A stretch of 54,532 nt of DNA from IMG/VR virus record IMGVR_UViG_3300022752_000089, positions 1-54,532 of that record; one strand, written 5' to 3'. Shown one piece after another: positions 27,635 through 37,006 of this stretch. The notes under the pieces are model-generated. The model did not search any database and was not told where the DNA came from. It was given only the letters and a program-made list of their open reading frames with translations. The DNA comes from a virus. Taxonomy: Duplodnaviria; Caudoviricetes. Numbering within the stretch: the first letter of the stretch is position 1; every line of letters begins with the position of its first letter. The translations under genes and the position numbers were made by a program.

Positions 27635-29434
27635 ATGAAATCATTTTTAGATATACTACAAGAGGAAAAGAATGGTGAAAAACACCATGTTTTTACCTTT
27701 GGTAGAATGAATCCGCCTACTACTGGCCACTTGAAGTTAATTGACAAAGTTAAAGAAGTTGCTGCAAAACATAATGCTGGTCATACAGTTGTCACATCAC
27801 ATTCACAAGATGCAAAGAAAAATCCTTTATCTGCCGGTGAAAAAGTAAAACATCTAAAGAGATATTCTCCTGGTACTAATTTTCAATCTTCATCAAAAGA
27901 ACATCCATCGTTCTTACATCATGCAGCTCAATTACATAAACAAGGTGTTTCACATCTTCATATGGTAGTTGGTTCTGACCGTGTACATGAAATGAAAAAT
28001 ACATTAAACAAATATAATGGACCACATGAAGGTGCATTGTATCATTTCAAAAAAATAACTGTACATTCTGCTGGTGAACGTGATCCAGATGCAGAAGGTA
28101 CAACTGGTATGTCTGGTACCAAGATGCGTGAACATGCCAGAAATAAAGACCTTGGAAAATTTAAACAAGGTGTTCCTGGCCACGTTTCTGGTGCTCATGC
28201 AAAAGAGTTGATGCATGACACAAGAAAAGGTATGGGATTACACGAATCTTACAATCGTGGTATGTTTAAGGCTATTTTTGTGACGGGCGGACCAGGTTCT
28301 GGTAAAGATGTTATCATCCGTGAAGCAATTGCTGAATCAAAGGCAGTAGAGTTAAATTCAGTACAAGCTTTTGATTACCTGATGGACAAACAAAGATTGT
28401 CTGAAAAATCTAATGACTTTCGTAGAGAATCAATCAGAAATCGTGGACCTTTGATTATCAATGGACCTGCTGATGACCATTCTCGCATAATTACAATTAG
28501 AGAAGAATTAGAAGAACTTGGTTACGAAACAATTATGGTATTTGTTAATACCACAGACAGAGCCAGCCAAGAAAGAAATCTAAGATTGACAAAAATGATT
28601 GCCGAATCAATCAGACGAGAAAAGTGGGAACTTGCCCAATCTTGTAAAGAATCTTACGTACAAAATTTTGATAACTTCATATATTTTGACAATAGTTCCG
28701 AAATCGAATCTATTGAAGAAGATATTACTGAGACCTATAAAAAAATAAATACATTTATAGACAGTAAAAACTATGGCGAAATTTCTTATTCGTGGTTGGA
28801 AAATCATGGTAGATTGGGTGCCAATGAATCATTTAATTATTTTAAGGAAAATTATCATGCTAAAGAAAATAGTAGATTGGTTGAAAATAAAGCCAAAGGA
28901 CCAAGACTCCAAAGTGGAGGAGGTCCAAAAGCCGATGGTCCAGGAGACATTACCCCAGACAACAGAGCAGGTGACCCCAACTCCGGTGATATCAAGTGGG
29001 ACGGAAACAAAAAAAGAGGTAGTTACACCTTCAAAACGTACAGCGAAGAAAACAACGGCCCCAAAATCAAAATCTACCCAGAGCCAAAAGAAAGCAACTT
29101 CTCCAAAGACAAAGAAACAATAAAAAAGAAAAAGAACACCGATGTTCCTACTGTAAGTCAAAGACTTAGAAATGTAACGACCATCGGTCCAGAATTCGAT
29201 ACACGCCAACAGGGAACAGTATACCCTATGTCTGGTCTAGGCGATGTAACATACAGAGAACAGATAGACTTTAAGAATTTTAGAAGAAAAGTTGTAGAAG
29301 CAATAGACGATCCAGGTGCAAATGATATGGGTGTTGGTGGAACTTTAGGTGGTGCAACCAATAAAGAACCGATGCAGTCATACAAAGACCAAGATAAGAA
29401 CATAACAACTGTAATTAAAAAGAAGAAGAAATGA
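27635..29434 (+). CDS. HIGH-family nucleotidyltransferase (His-rich) fused to a P-loop kinase and low-complexity tail
   Basis: TFGRMNPPTTGH, VVGSDR, MSGTKMR; GGPGSGKD Walker A; N-terminus MKSFLDILQEE. Confidence 0.85.
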   Translation: MKSFLDILQEEKNGEKHHVFTFGRMNPPTTGHLKLIDKVKEVAAKHNAGHTVVTSHSQDAKKNPLSAGEKVKHLKRYSPGTNFQSSSKEHPSFLHHAAQLHKQGVSHLHMVVGSDRVHEMKNTLNKYNGPHEGALYHFKKITVHSAGERDPDAEGTTGMSGTKMREHARNKDLGKFKQGVPGHVSGAHAKELMHDTRKGMGLHESYNRGMFKAIFVTGGPGSGKDVIIREAIAESKAVELNSVQAFDYLMDKQRLSEKSNDFRRESIRNRGPLIINGPADDHSRIITIREELEELGYETIMVFVNTTDRASQERNLRLTKMIAESIRREKWELAQSCKESYVQNFDNFIYFDNSSEIESIEEDITETYKKINTFIDSKNYGEISYSWLENHGRLGANESFNYFKENYHAKENSRLVENKAKGPRLQSGGGPKADGPGDITPDNRAGDPNSGDIKWDGNKKRGSYTFKTYSEENNGPKIKIYPEPKESNFSKDKETIKKKKNTDVPTVSQRLRNVTTIGPEFDTRQQGTVYPMSGLGDVTYREQIDFKNFRRKVVEAIDDPGANDMGVGGTLGGATNKEPMQSYKDQDKNITTVIKKKKK

Positions 29435-29916
29435 AAACTTTTAAAGAATACTTAAATGAAGTTGATGCACAAACCTTGCACCAAGATGCTGAAGAAATTA
29501 AGCGTCAGAAAAAGCATTTAAAAGATAAAGCCAAAGAATACCAAGACCAAGCAGATAGAGAAAAATCAGTAGGTGAATTTGGCGGCGCAGCAGATGCTAA
29601 AGGAAAAGGTTTTGAATTAGCTGCAAAAAATATTAAAGAAGATTCACCTGCATGGCAACGTTCTGCTGGAAAAGATCCAAAAGGTGGCTTAAATAGAAAA
29701 GGTATTGCTTCGTATCGCAGAGAACATCCAGGTTCTAAACTTTCAATGGCTGTTACAACAAAGCCATCTAAGTTGGATCCAGATAGTAAAGCTGCAAAAA
29801 GAAGAAAGTCGTTTTGTGCCAGAATGTCTGGTATGAAAAAAAGGTTAACATCTGCTAAGACAGCTAATGATCCTGATTCTAGAATCAATAAGTCTTTGCG
29901 TAAATGGAATTGCTAA
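29431..29916 (+). CDS. putative internal head protein with basic DUF6321-like module
   Basis: MKTFKEYLNE; KDPKGGLN...RRKSFCARM...SLRKWNC. Confidence 0.75.
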   Translation: MKTFKEYLNEVDAQTLHQDAEEIKRQKKHLKDKAKEYQDQADREKSVGEFGGAADAKGKGFELAAKNIKEDSPAWQRSAGKDPKGGLNRKGIASYRREHPGSKLSMAVTTKPSKLDPDSKAAKRRKSFCARMSGMKKRLTSAKTANDPDSRINKSLRKWNC

Positions 29917-29929
29917 ACGGAGAACAACA

Positions 29930-30877
29930 ATGATAAATTTTAATAAAAAAGACCCAGTTGCTGACGTAATCAGAGGAATCATGGAGAAAGAATTGTCTCC
30001 AGCCCAAAAGAAAATCGCTGCACTTGCTGGTGATAAAAAAGCAATTGATGCTTTAGATTTGGCAGCTCTACGTGCTGGTAAAAAACCAACATCTGAAGAA
30101 ACAGTTGAAGAAAATGCTTTTGATTACAAAAGTCCACGTAAACCTGAACCTAATGGTGGTTCTGGTGTAAAACAAGGTTCACGTTATGGTGGTTCTAAAC
30201 AAAAAGAAAAACCAGAACAAGAAGAACCAAAAGAAAAGATGAAAGAAGAAATTGATCCTTCAGATAGAACAGAAGATACTCTTTCTGGCCGTGTAAAAAC
30301 GAAAAGAAAAGATGATGTTGGACCTGGTTCAGATAGTAAAAGTACTAAAGTCAAATATCACCCAGGTCCTATGACATTAAAGGGTATGAAAGAAAAATAT
30401 GAAGAACCAATTCTTGATGAATTGATTAATGAAGTTCTTTCTAAAGATGCAGATGCTGGTGATTATATTCATGATTTTATACATTCAGATAATCCAAAAT
30501 TTGCTGGTAAGTCTAAGGCTGAACGCAAGAAAATGGCTCTTGGTGCTTACTATGGAAAAAAGAATGAAGAATATGTTGAAGAAAACATGATGAAGAATGC
30601 TGCAAAAAAAGCATTTAAGGCCTTGACTGGTGGTTCCGATGAGGATCAACGTAAAGACCTACAACGCAAGATGGGTGTACCACAAACTGGTAAAAAACCA
30701 ACTCAAAAAGAAGAAGTTGTAGTAGAAGGTCGTACACCAGTATCATCTCCTGGTATGGACACTCCTTTTGTTACCAATGCAGAAAATAAACCCTTGAACA
30801 ATGCAAAAGAACTTGCTGCAAAAACTATGAAAAGAATGAAAAATGAAATGCTTGGAAAAACAGGCACATCCGAATAA
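29930..30877 (+). CDS. putative internal head protein (modular, charged)
   Basis: SD GGAG; DYIHDFIHSDNPKFAGKSK module; many xEE linkers. Confidence 0.7.
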   Translation: MINFNKKDPVADVIRGIMEKELSPAQKKIAALAGDKKAIDALDLAALRAGKKPTSEETVEENAFDYKSPRKPEPNGGSGVKQGSRYGGSKQKEKPEQEEPKEKMKEEIDPSDRTEDTLSGRVKTKRKDDVGPGSDSKSTKVKYHPGPMTLKGMKEKYEEPILDELINEVLSKDADAGDYIHDFIHSDNPKFAGKSKAERKKMALGAYYGKKNEEYVEENMMKNAAKKAFKALTGGSDEDQRKDLQRKMGVPQTGKKPTQKEEVVVEGRTPVSSPGMDTPFVTNAENKPLNNAKELAAKTMKRMKNEMLGKTGTSE

Positions 30878-30885
30878 GGTACAAA

Positions 30886-32277
30886 ATGAGCAGAGCACAA
30901 TTACTTAAATCATTAATTAAGAATACGGACATTTCCGAGGATGCAGCTTTGGACAAATATCTATTGTCTAGAGGTATTAATCCAAAGTTTGCCACAAAAG
31001 ACCAAAAAGTTGCTCATTCAAAAACAAATCAGTTCATTAATTGGAAAAATAGCAGACTTAATGAAATGACTGATAAGAAAGATACTGTTACATTGGATAT
31101 TCCATTGCTTATTCGTGTTTTAGAATTGGCTCGTGAAGATATCAGAACAGATATGGATTTGCACCGTGTTGTGGAGAAGTTGATTAACATTCGTAAAAAA
31201 GGAATGTTGACAATGAAAGATTATAATTACATTTCTAAAATCCATGAAGAAATTATGCCACAAATATCAGAAAATCATGTCGCTATCGCCATGGGCAAAA
31301 TGTTGGATGATGAAGGCAGTATGGTTCTAAATCAATTGGATGATATTGACCGTTGTTCAAAAATGATTCGTGATTATGTTGGTAAAGATTACGAAAAACA
31401 AATGCCTGCTTGGGTACAATCAAAAGTAACTTTGGCTGCGGACTACATCAATACTGTTGGTTCTTATTTGTCAACTAAAAATGAAGAAGTTGAACCTATT
31501 GATGAAATATCAACTACTGGATATCATGCAGCTGCCGTAAAGAGCAGACAAGATGCTGCTGTTAAAGTAATGTCCAGTATGGGTCAAGACAAAGCAGCAA
31601 AAACAAAGTTGAATGCTCGTAATGCTGGTCTAAAAAGACTTAGTGACAGAACATCAACTGAAATGAAGAAAGCCAATTCTGGTCCACAAAAACAACCAGT
31701 CGGAAAAGAACCTACTGAAGCCGAACGCCGTGGTTATGGCCAAGGTCGCTACATGGGTGACTCTGTTGAACATGATGATGAAACAATGGTTGAGGCACAA
31801 TCTGCTGCAGTTCGTTGGCAAAAGGCTTTAGAAGCTGCCAAAAAGAAGCGTGAAGAAGAAGAAAGAAGAAACGCAGAAAATGCCAAGCGTGCTCTTACAC
31901 CAGTCAAAGAAGATAAGTTTCAAGATTCAATGGCTGCAACACAAACAGTAGGTATGGAAGTAGATAATCCATCAGATGCTGAAAGAAAAAGTCAAAGGTC
32001 CAAGTCTGCTCGTATAATCAAATCCATATATAAAAGAAAAAATATGAAGGAAGAGTTATACGACCATGAAAAGGAAGATAAACCAACAACATCTTATGGC
32101 AAGAAACCAAAGATGAGTATAACAAAACCAACAGATAATGTCGGTGAGAATAAACCAGATGCGGCAGCTGTCTTGACTGGTGGAAAGACATTAACAGGTC
32201 AAACAAGAGATACTATTGAGATTGATCCAATGATGAAGAAGCGTCCAGGATCTGATCCTACTGGTAAAAACAAATAA
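30886..32277 (+). CDS. putative internal head polyprotein
   Basis: Modules LDIPLLIRVLELARED and PAWVQSKVTLAADYI separated by L/I/V-x-E sites. Confidence 0.7.
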   Translation: MSRAQLLKSLIKNTDISEDAALDKYLLSRGINPKFATKDQKVAHSKTNQFINWKNSRLNEMTDKKDTVTLDIPLLIRVLELAREDIRTDMDLHRVVEKLINIRKKGMLTMKDYNYISKIHEEIMPQISENHVAIAMGKMLDDEGSMVLNQLDDIDRCSKMIRDYVGKDYEKQMPAWVQSKVTLAADYINTVGSYLSTKNEEVEPIDEISTTGYHAAAVKSRQDAAVKVMSSMGQDKAAKTKLNARNAGLKRLSDRTSTEMKKANSGPQKQPVGKEPTEAERRGYGQGRYMGDSVEHDDETMVEAQSAAVRWQKALEAAKKKREEEERRNAENAKRALTPVKEDKFQDSMAATQTVGMEVDNPSDAERKSQRSKSARIIKSIYKRKNMKEELYDHEKEDKPTTSYGKKPKMSITKPTDNVGENKPDAAAVLTGGKTLTGQTRDTIEIDPMMKKRPGSDPTGKNK

Positions 32278-32279
32278 CA

Positions 32280-32287
32280 CATAAATA
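32280..32287 (+). promoter_or_regulatory. late promoter
   Basis: CATAAATA in the intergenic gap before SD AGGAG. Confidence 0.75.
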
Positions 32288-32320
32288 AGCAACATAACCA
32301 AAGGTTAAAAGGAGACACAA

Positions 32321-32923
32321 ATGTCAGCATGGTCAAATACAGATTTATATGCAAATACAAAACCAAAATTTCCGGATTTAAGACAAGTCCGTGAAGTTTA
32401 TCAGACAACAACAGCAAATAGTACTGCTTCGGGTGCTGCTACTATCACTTTTGTTTATAATGATGGTGGTCAAAATAACATAGCAAACGCTGGTGTAATA
32501 GTTGGAAGTTATGCCTACGGATCAGGTTTAACAGCTAATGGTACATCAAACTTCTTTGCTGGAAACACAAGAGTTACGAATGTCGTTGGTAATACAGTTA
32601 CATTCAACGCAGGTACAACTGCTGTTGTAGCATCTGGTACATTAATTGAGTTTGACCAACAAATCAAATGGCAAACTGGAGTGGCGAATACTTATAACCA
32701 AGATACAGTTTTAGTTACTGCTACCCGTGCTGCTAATGCTTCTTGGGGTGCAGCAAATCATGGAGAAGGCGCACACACTGGTTGGGTTCACGTTGTTTCT
32801 GGTACAGGCGGCCGTTTAGGACGTAAACAAGTAGAAACATTAGTTTGTTTGGCTAATGCGGTTGCTTACAACGCACTATCTGGTAATACAAGTAATAGCG
32901 GAACATATTACGCAGGTCTATAA
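32321..32923 (+). CDS. putative virion structural protein
   Basis: Thr/Ala/Gly/Asn-rich; HTGWV...GRKQVETLV motif; own late promoter and terminator. Confidence 0.7.
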   Translation: MSAWSNTDLYANTKPKFPDLRQVREVYQTTTANSTASGAATITFVYNDGGQNNIANAGVIVGSYAYGSGLTANGTSNFFAGNTRVTNVVGNTVTFNAGTTAVVASGTLIEFDQQIKWQTGVANTYNQDTVLVTATRAANASWGAANHGEGAHTGWVHVVSGTGGRLGRKQVETLVCLANAVAYNALSGNTSNSGTYYAGL

Positions 32924-32926
32924 TGA

Positions 32927-32952
32927 AAATAGGCACTTTCGGGTGCCTATTT
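32927..32952 (+). terminator. intrinsic terminator with UUCG loop
   Basis: AAATAGGCACT-TTCG-GGTGCCTATTT. Confidence 0.8.
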
Positions 32953-32959
32953 CTACACT

Positions 32960-33346
32960 ATGTTTGATAATTTGAATGAAGATAATTTCTTAATGTATGC
33001 TGTGAAGTGTTATACATCACCGCATTGCATTTTGTCGGAATTTGAGGGAGATATTAAAAGAACAAAATACCTGAAAAGGTTATTTCGTAGATATAAAATC
33101 ACCAAGACAATCAAAGAAAGACTTATTCTAAATCATATTATCTTATTGAATAATGTTTTTGGTTCTGAAGCAACAGCAAGAATATTATTCTATAAGACTG
33201 ATGAACGAGATTATGATATATTGAAAACGTTTTTATCTTATTTAAACATTGCACCAGATATGGTGTATGGAATTAGAGGTAAAAATATATCAGTAGCAGA
33301 AATTCCATTAGATTTAAATGTCGCAGAGATATTAATACAAATATGA
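32960..33346 (+). CDS. conserved T4-like hypothetical protein
   Basis: LNEDNF...KYLKRL...ERLILNHIILLNNVFG. Confidence 0.8.
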   Translation: MFDNLNEDNFLMYAVKCYTSPHCILSEFEGDIKRTKYLKRLFRRYKITKTIKERLILNHIILLNNVFGSEATARILFYKTDERDYDILKTFLSYLNIAPDMVYGIRGKNISVAEIPLDLNVAEILIQI

Positions 33347-33822
33347 AAACTTTTAAACAATACATAGATGAAAAAGGAAGATGCTGGCCAGGTCATAAGC
33401 CTGTACCAGGAAAGAAACCTTTTTCTCCAGGAAGTTGTATGAAAGAATCAGCTGCAGCCGCTATTGCAGCTGCAACAGCAATATCTAAAAAGAAATCTGG
33501 AGATTATGATTCAAAAGGATTTCGTAAAACAAAATATAAAAACCCAAACAATCCTAATATAAAATCAAACGAGCAAAGAAGAAAAGAACTTGCTGAAGAT
33601 TTAAGAAAATGGTTTGCTCAGAAATGGGTTCGCATGGATACCAAAGGTAATATCAAAGGGGATTGTGCTCGTGATCCTGGTGAAGGCAAACCTAAATGTC
33701 TTCCACAAGCAAAAGCACAAGCTTTAGGTAAAGAGGGAAGAGCTTCAGCTGCTAGAAGAAAACGCAGAGAAGATCCAAATCCAGAACGCCGTGGTGCACC
33801 AATTAATGTTAGGACAAAATAA
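33343..33822 (+). CDS. putative internal head protein
   Basis: MKTFKQYIDE; CWPGH module; EDLRKWF...KPKCLP module. Confidence 0.75.
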   Translation: MKTFKQYIDEKGRCWPGHKPVPGKKPFSPGSCMKESAAAAIAAATAISKKKSGDYDSKGFRKTKYKNPNNPNIKSNEQRRKELAEDLRKWFAQKWVRMDTKGNIKGDCARDPGEGKPKCLPQAKAQALGKEGRASAARRKRREDPNPERRGAPINVRTK

Positions 33823-34343
33823 TGAAATCATTTAAAGTATTTAGAGAAGAACACTTAGAAGAAAAAAATGTTCCAACAAGTCCAGAAAAATGGGCTAGAG
33901 CCAAATCTGCTGCAAAATCTAAATTTGCTGTATATCCATCTGCATATGCAAACGGTTGGGCATCAAAGAAATATAAAGCTATGGGTGGTGGTTGGAGAGC
34001 AACATCAGAAGATGTTGGACTAGAAGAAGGTTCATACATGGATACTGTGAAAAAAAGGATTGCTGGTCGTAATGCAGAAAAATATTCACAGTATTCTAAA
34101 GCCGATAAAGAACAAGACCGACCAGTAAGTTCAAAATTGTATGCCAAAATGGCCAAAAACCAAAAGAAACTTTCTGAAGATGGTATGGGTGTGGGTGCCA
34201 TGAGTGCTGCACCTACCAATACTGTTGGTAGTGGAAAGATTGCTGGTTCTGGTGGCCAAGGTGGTGAACCTGGTGTCAATCCAAAGAAGAAAAAAGGTCC
34301 TGTACTAATACAGATGGCCAAAAGAAAAACACCGATGGCATAA
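33822..34343 (+). CDS. putative internal head protein
   Basis: MKSFKVFREE; KFAVYPSAYANGW...GGGWR module. Confidence 0.75.
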   Translation: MKSFKVFREEHLEEKNVPTSPEKWARAKSAAKSKFAVYPSAYANGWASKKYKAMGGGWRATSEDVGLEEGSYMDTVKKRIAGRNAEKYSQYSKADKEQDRPVSSKLYAKMAKNQKKLSEDGMGVGAMSAAPTNTVGSGKIAGSGGQGGEPGVNPKKKKGPVLIQMAKRKTPMA

Positions 34344-34346
34344 ATT

Positions 34347-34802
34347 ATGTGGTTATTACATTGGTTACCTAATTGGATTTTTTACGCCGTCTTAATTGCC
34401 GGCGTTGTCGGTTTGGTCGTATCTTATTTTGTAAGATTCTTGTCATTTATTCCATTTGTTTATGTTTATAAAACTCCCATACAACTTGGTTCTATTATTG
34501 CAATTGCAATAGGTACTTTTATGGCCGGTGCAATACATGATAATGATGCATGGGAAGCAAGAGTAAAAGAAATGCAAGATAAAGTTGCTGCAGCTGAAGT
34601 ACAATCAAAAGAAGAAAATGTAAAGATTGTTCAAAAGTTAGTAATTAAAACTCAAGTAATTAAGACCCGTGGTGAAGATATTGTTAAATACGTTGACCGT
34701 GAGATAGTTAAATATGATGAGAAATTTGCAAAAGGTGGAGTCTGTGAAATTCCACAAGAATTTATTAAAGCACATAATGATGCAGCAGAGGCACCAAAAT
34801 GA
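34347..34802 (+). CDS. inner-membrane spanin-like protein
   Basis: Two TM helices, periplasmic coiled-coil, C-terminal Cys; adjacent to lipoprotein and endolysin. Confidence 0.72.
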   Translation: MWLLHWLPNWIFYAVLIAGVVGLVVSYFVRFLSFIPFVYVYKTPIQLGSIIAIAIGTFMAGAIHDNDAWEARVKEMQDKVAAAEVQSKEENVKIVQKLVIKTQVIKTRGEDIVKYVDREIVKYDEKFAKGGVCEIPQEFIKAHNDAAEAPK

Positions 34803-35056
34803 AATATCTTTTACCTTTATTGATGGTTGGTTGTTCTACCACTGTTCCAGTTACGATGAAGTTTCCAGAAGCACCAGGTAGTATTGTAATGATGCCTTGT
34901 CCACAATTGCAAAAAGTCCAAGATGACGCTAAATTAAGTGATGTTACTAAAACAATAACAAATAATTATGGTACATACTATGAATGTGCTGTGAAAAATG
35001 ATGCATGGATTGAATGGTATCAAAAACAAAAACAAATTTTTGAAAGTGTAAAATAA
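34799..35056 (+). CDS. outer-membrane spanin lipoprotein
   Basis: Lipobox LMVGC, Pro-rich linker, PCP...YYEC. Confidence 0.78.
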   Translation: MKYLLPLLMVGCSTTVPVTMKFPEAPGSIVMMPCPQLQKVQDDAKLSDVTKTITNNYGTYYECAVKNDAWIEWYQKQKQIFESVK

Positions 35057-35679
35057 TGGAACTAACAAAAGAACAATTAAAACAATTACTGCCAAAGAAC
35101 CCATATATTGACCATTGGTTTCATGCTTTGTCACAATTGTTGCCTGACTACGAAATCAATACACCAAAAAGAATAGCAGCATTCATAGCTCAATGTGCTC
35201 ATGAATCTGGTAGTTTTACTGCACTTAAAGAAAATCTAAATTACAAACCTGCAACCTTACGTAAACTGTTTGGTAAATATTTTCCAACAGATGCGTTAGC
35301 GGAAGAATATTGTTCTAAGCCAAATAAACAAGCGGCTATCGCTAATCGTGTCTATGCAAGCCGTATGGGTAATGGTGATGAAGCATCTGGTGATGGTTAT
35401 AAATATTGCGGCCGTGGACTAATTCAATTGACTGGTAAATCTAACTATGTTGCATTTGCTGATTCTTTAGAAATTACACCAGAAGAAGCATCAGAATATC
35501 TTTCTACTTTTGAAGGTGCAGCCCAATCAGCTTGCTGGTTCTGGGAAACAAATAACTTGAATGCTTTGGCAGACAAAGGTGATATTTTAAACATGACCAA
35601 ACGTATCAATGGTGGTACAATTGGACTTGAAGATAGAATCAAACACTATGAACACGCATTAGATGTTTTGGGAGCTTAA
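35056..35679 (+). CDS. GH19 endolysin
   Basis: FIAQCAHES, ENLNY, GRGLIQLTGKSNY, TKRINGG. Confidence 0.93.
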   Translation: MELTKEQLKQLLPKNPYIDHWFHALSQLLPDYEINTPKRIAAFIAQCAHESGSFTALKENLNYKPATLRKLFGKYFPTDALAEEYCSKPNKQAAIANRVYASRMGNGDEASGDGYKYCGRGLIQLTGKSNYVAFADSLEITPEEASEYLSTFEGAAQSACWFWETNNLNALADKGDILNMTKRINGGTIGLEDRIKHYEHALDVLGA

Positions 35680-35681
35680 TC

Positions 35682-35969
35682 ATGTCAGATAAAAAACTTT
35701 TGTATATAGCGCTTGCAATAATTGTTTTACCATTAACATTAGCATTTTGTGCTGGAGATAGATTCCGTTATCCGTGCCAAGACCCAGCAAACTGGGATAA
35801 AGACTTTTGTAAATTTCCAATATGTGATGTAACAAGAACTTGTCCAGAACATATTTTTAAAGGTCAGAGAGACCCAAGATTAGGTCCACCAAAAGAAGCG
35901 CAAAATGTTTTAGAAGAACAAAAAACAAAATCAATATCTTGCCAACAAGGAGTAAATTGTGGAAAATAA
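35682..35969 (+). CDS. membrane-anchored Cys-rich exported protein
   Basis: Hydrophobic N-terminus then DRFRYPCQDPANW...C...C...C. Confidence 0.7.
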   Translation: MSDKKLLYIALAIIVLPLTLAFCAGDRFRYPCQDPANWDKDFCKFPICDVTRTCPEHIFKGQRDPRLGPPKEAQNVLEEQKTKSISCQQGVNCGK

Positions 35970-36408
35970 TAATACTTTCATGTACACAGAAGAGCAGTTG
36001 ATGGCTCGTTTGAAATTTTTTATCGGTATCTGTTTAGCATTGACACTAACAGGTATTGTGTTTGTTGTATTATTCTCCATCATCTTTGTTACTCAACCAT
36101 TAAACGCTATTAGTCCAATTGATTCAAAATTCTTTGAATTGATTATTCCTATTGCAACATTCTTAACAGGTACATTGTCTGGTATTATGTTGGCTGGTAA
36201 CGATAAAGATTTAAGAGCAAAAGCTCTAGACTCAGCAAATCGTCCATATACTCCACCACCAGCACCACCATCACCACCTCCTGCACCGGCACCAACACGC
36301 AGTATATCATCACCTATTGGCGATGTACAACCAACAGTAACGTCACAAGTAGTAACAGGCTTCGGTGGTAAACCTGCACCTGCACCTGCACCTCAACCAG
36401 AAATTTAA
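35959..36408 (+). CDS. two-TM holin-like protein with Pro-rich tail
   Basis: Two hydrophobic helices, in lysis cassette. Confidence 0.65.
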   Translation: MENNNTFMYTEEQLMARLKFFIGICLALTLTGIVFVVLFSIIFVTQPLNAISPIDSKFFELIIPIATFLTGTLSGIMLAGNDKDLRAKALDSANRPYTPPPAPPSPPPAPAPTRSISSPIGDVQPTVTSQVVTGFGGKPAPAPAPQPEI

Positions 36409-36417
36409 GGAGTTATT

Positions 36418-36636
36418 ATGAAGAATACATTTTGGTCTTTCTGTTTAATTTTAGGTCTTTGGTTTCCAGCATATAACAACCATGTATTTGCTTCTGAAAC
36501 AAAACAAGTTTGCCATGACAAAGTTGACAAAGCCGGTAAGCCAGTTATGGGTAAAGATGGCAAACCAAAGCAAGATTGTAAAACAATTAAAATCCACAAA
36601 AAACTAGAAGGCACAGAAGTACCTGTGAAGAAATAA
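36418..36636 (+). CDS. small exported basic protein
   Basis: SD AGGAG, signal peptide ending VFA, Cys pair. Confidence 0.7.
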   Translation: MKNTFWSFCLILGLWFPAYNNHVFASETKQVCHDKVDKAGKPVMGKDGKPKQDCKTIKIHKKLEGTEVPVKK

Positions 36637-36942
36637 ATGGCAACTACAGTAGAGAGAATAGGTATCGTTGAGACAAAGGTAGAAAATCTCAACGAAAAGA
36701 TGGATGAACTTAAAGTTGATGTCAGAGATATGCACGATTGTCTGGATAAGACCCGTGATGAAATTAAAGACCAACTAAAGGAAATGTATGATGCATCATG
36801 CACCCAACATGCCTCCTTGTCCAAGGAAATATCTGCCATCAAATCTCAAAGAGATAAATTGATTTGGACATTTGCCGGAGTTGTTGGCGCTGGAGGTTTC
36901 TTTGCCGGCCATGCCGACAAGATATTGGCATTATTTACCTAA
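36637..36942 (+). CDS. coiled-coil protein with C-terminal TM (holin/XhlA-like architecture)
   Basis: Heptad repeats followed by LIWTFAGVVGAGGFFA. Confidence 0.65.
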   Translation: MATTVERIGIVETKVENLNEKMDELKVDVRDMHDCLDKTRDEIKDQLKEMYDASCTQHASLSKEISAIKSQRDKLIWTFAGVVGAGGFFAGHADKILALFT

Positions 36943-36949
36943 TCTCTAC

Positions 36950-36978
36950 TTGACAATATATTAAGGTTCTGTTACAAT
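36950..36978 (+). promoter_or_regulatory. sigma70 promoter for the primase operon
   Basis: TTGACA-17 nt-TACAAT with TGn extension. Confidence 0.8.
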
Positions 36979-37006
36979 CACAGAACTTTAATCACATGGT
37001 TTCGTT

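Noticed and set aside
36240-36400. CCA/GCA-rich tandem repeats
   Set aside because: They encode the Pro-rich tail of the membrane protein
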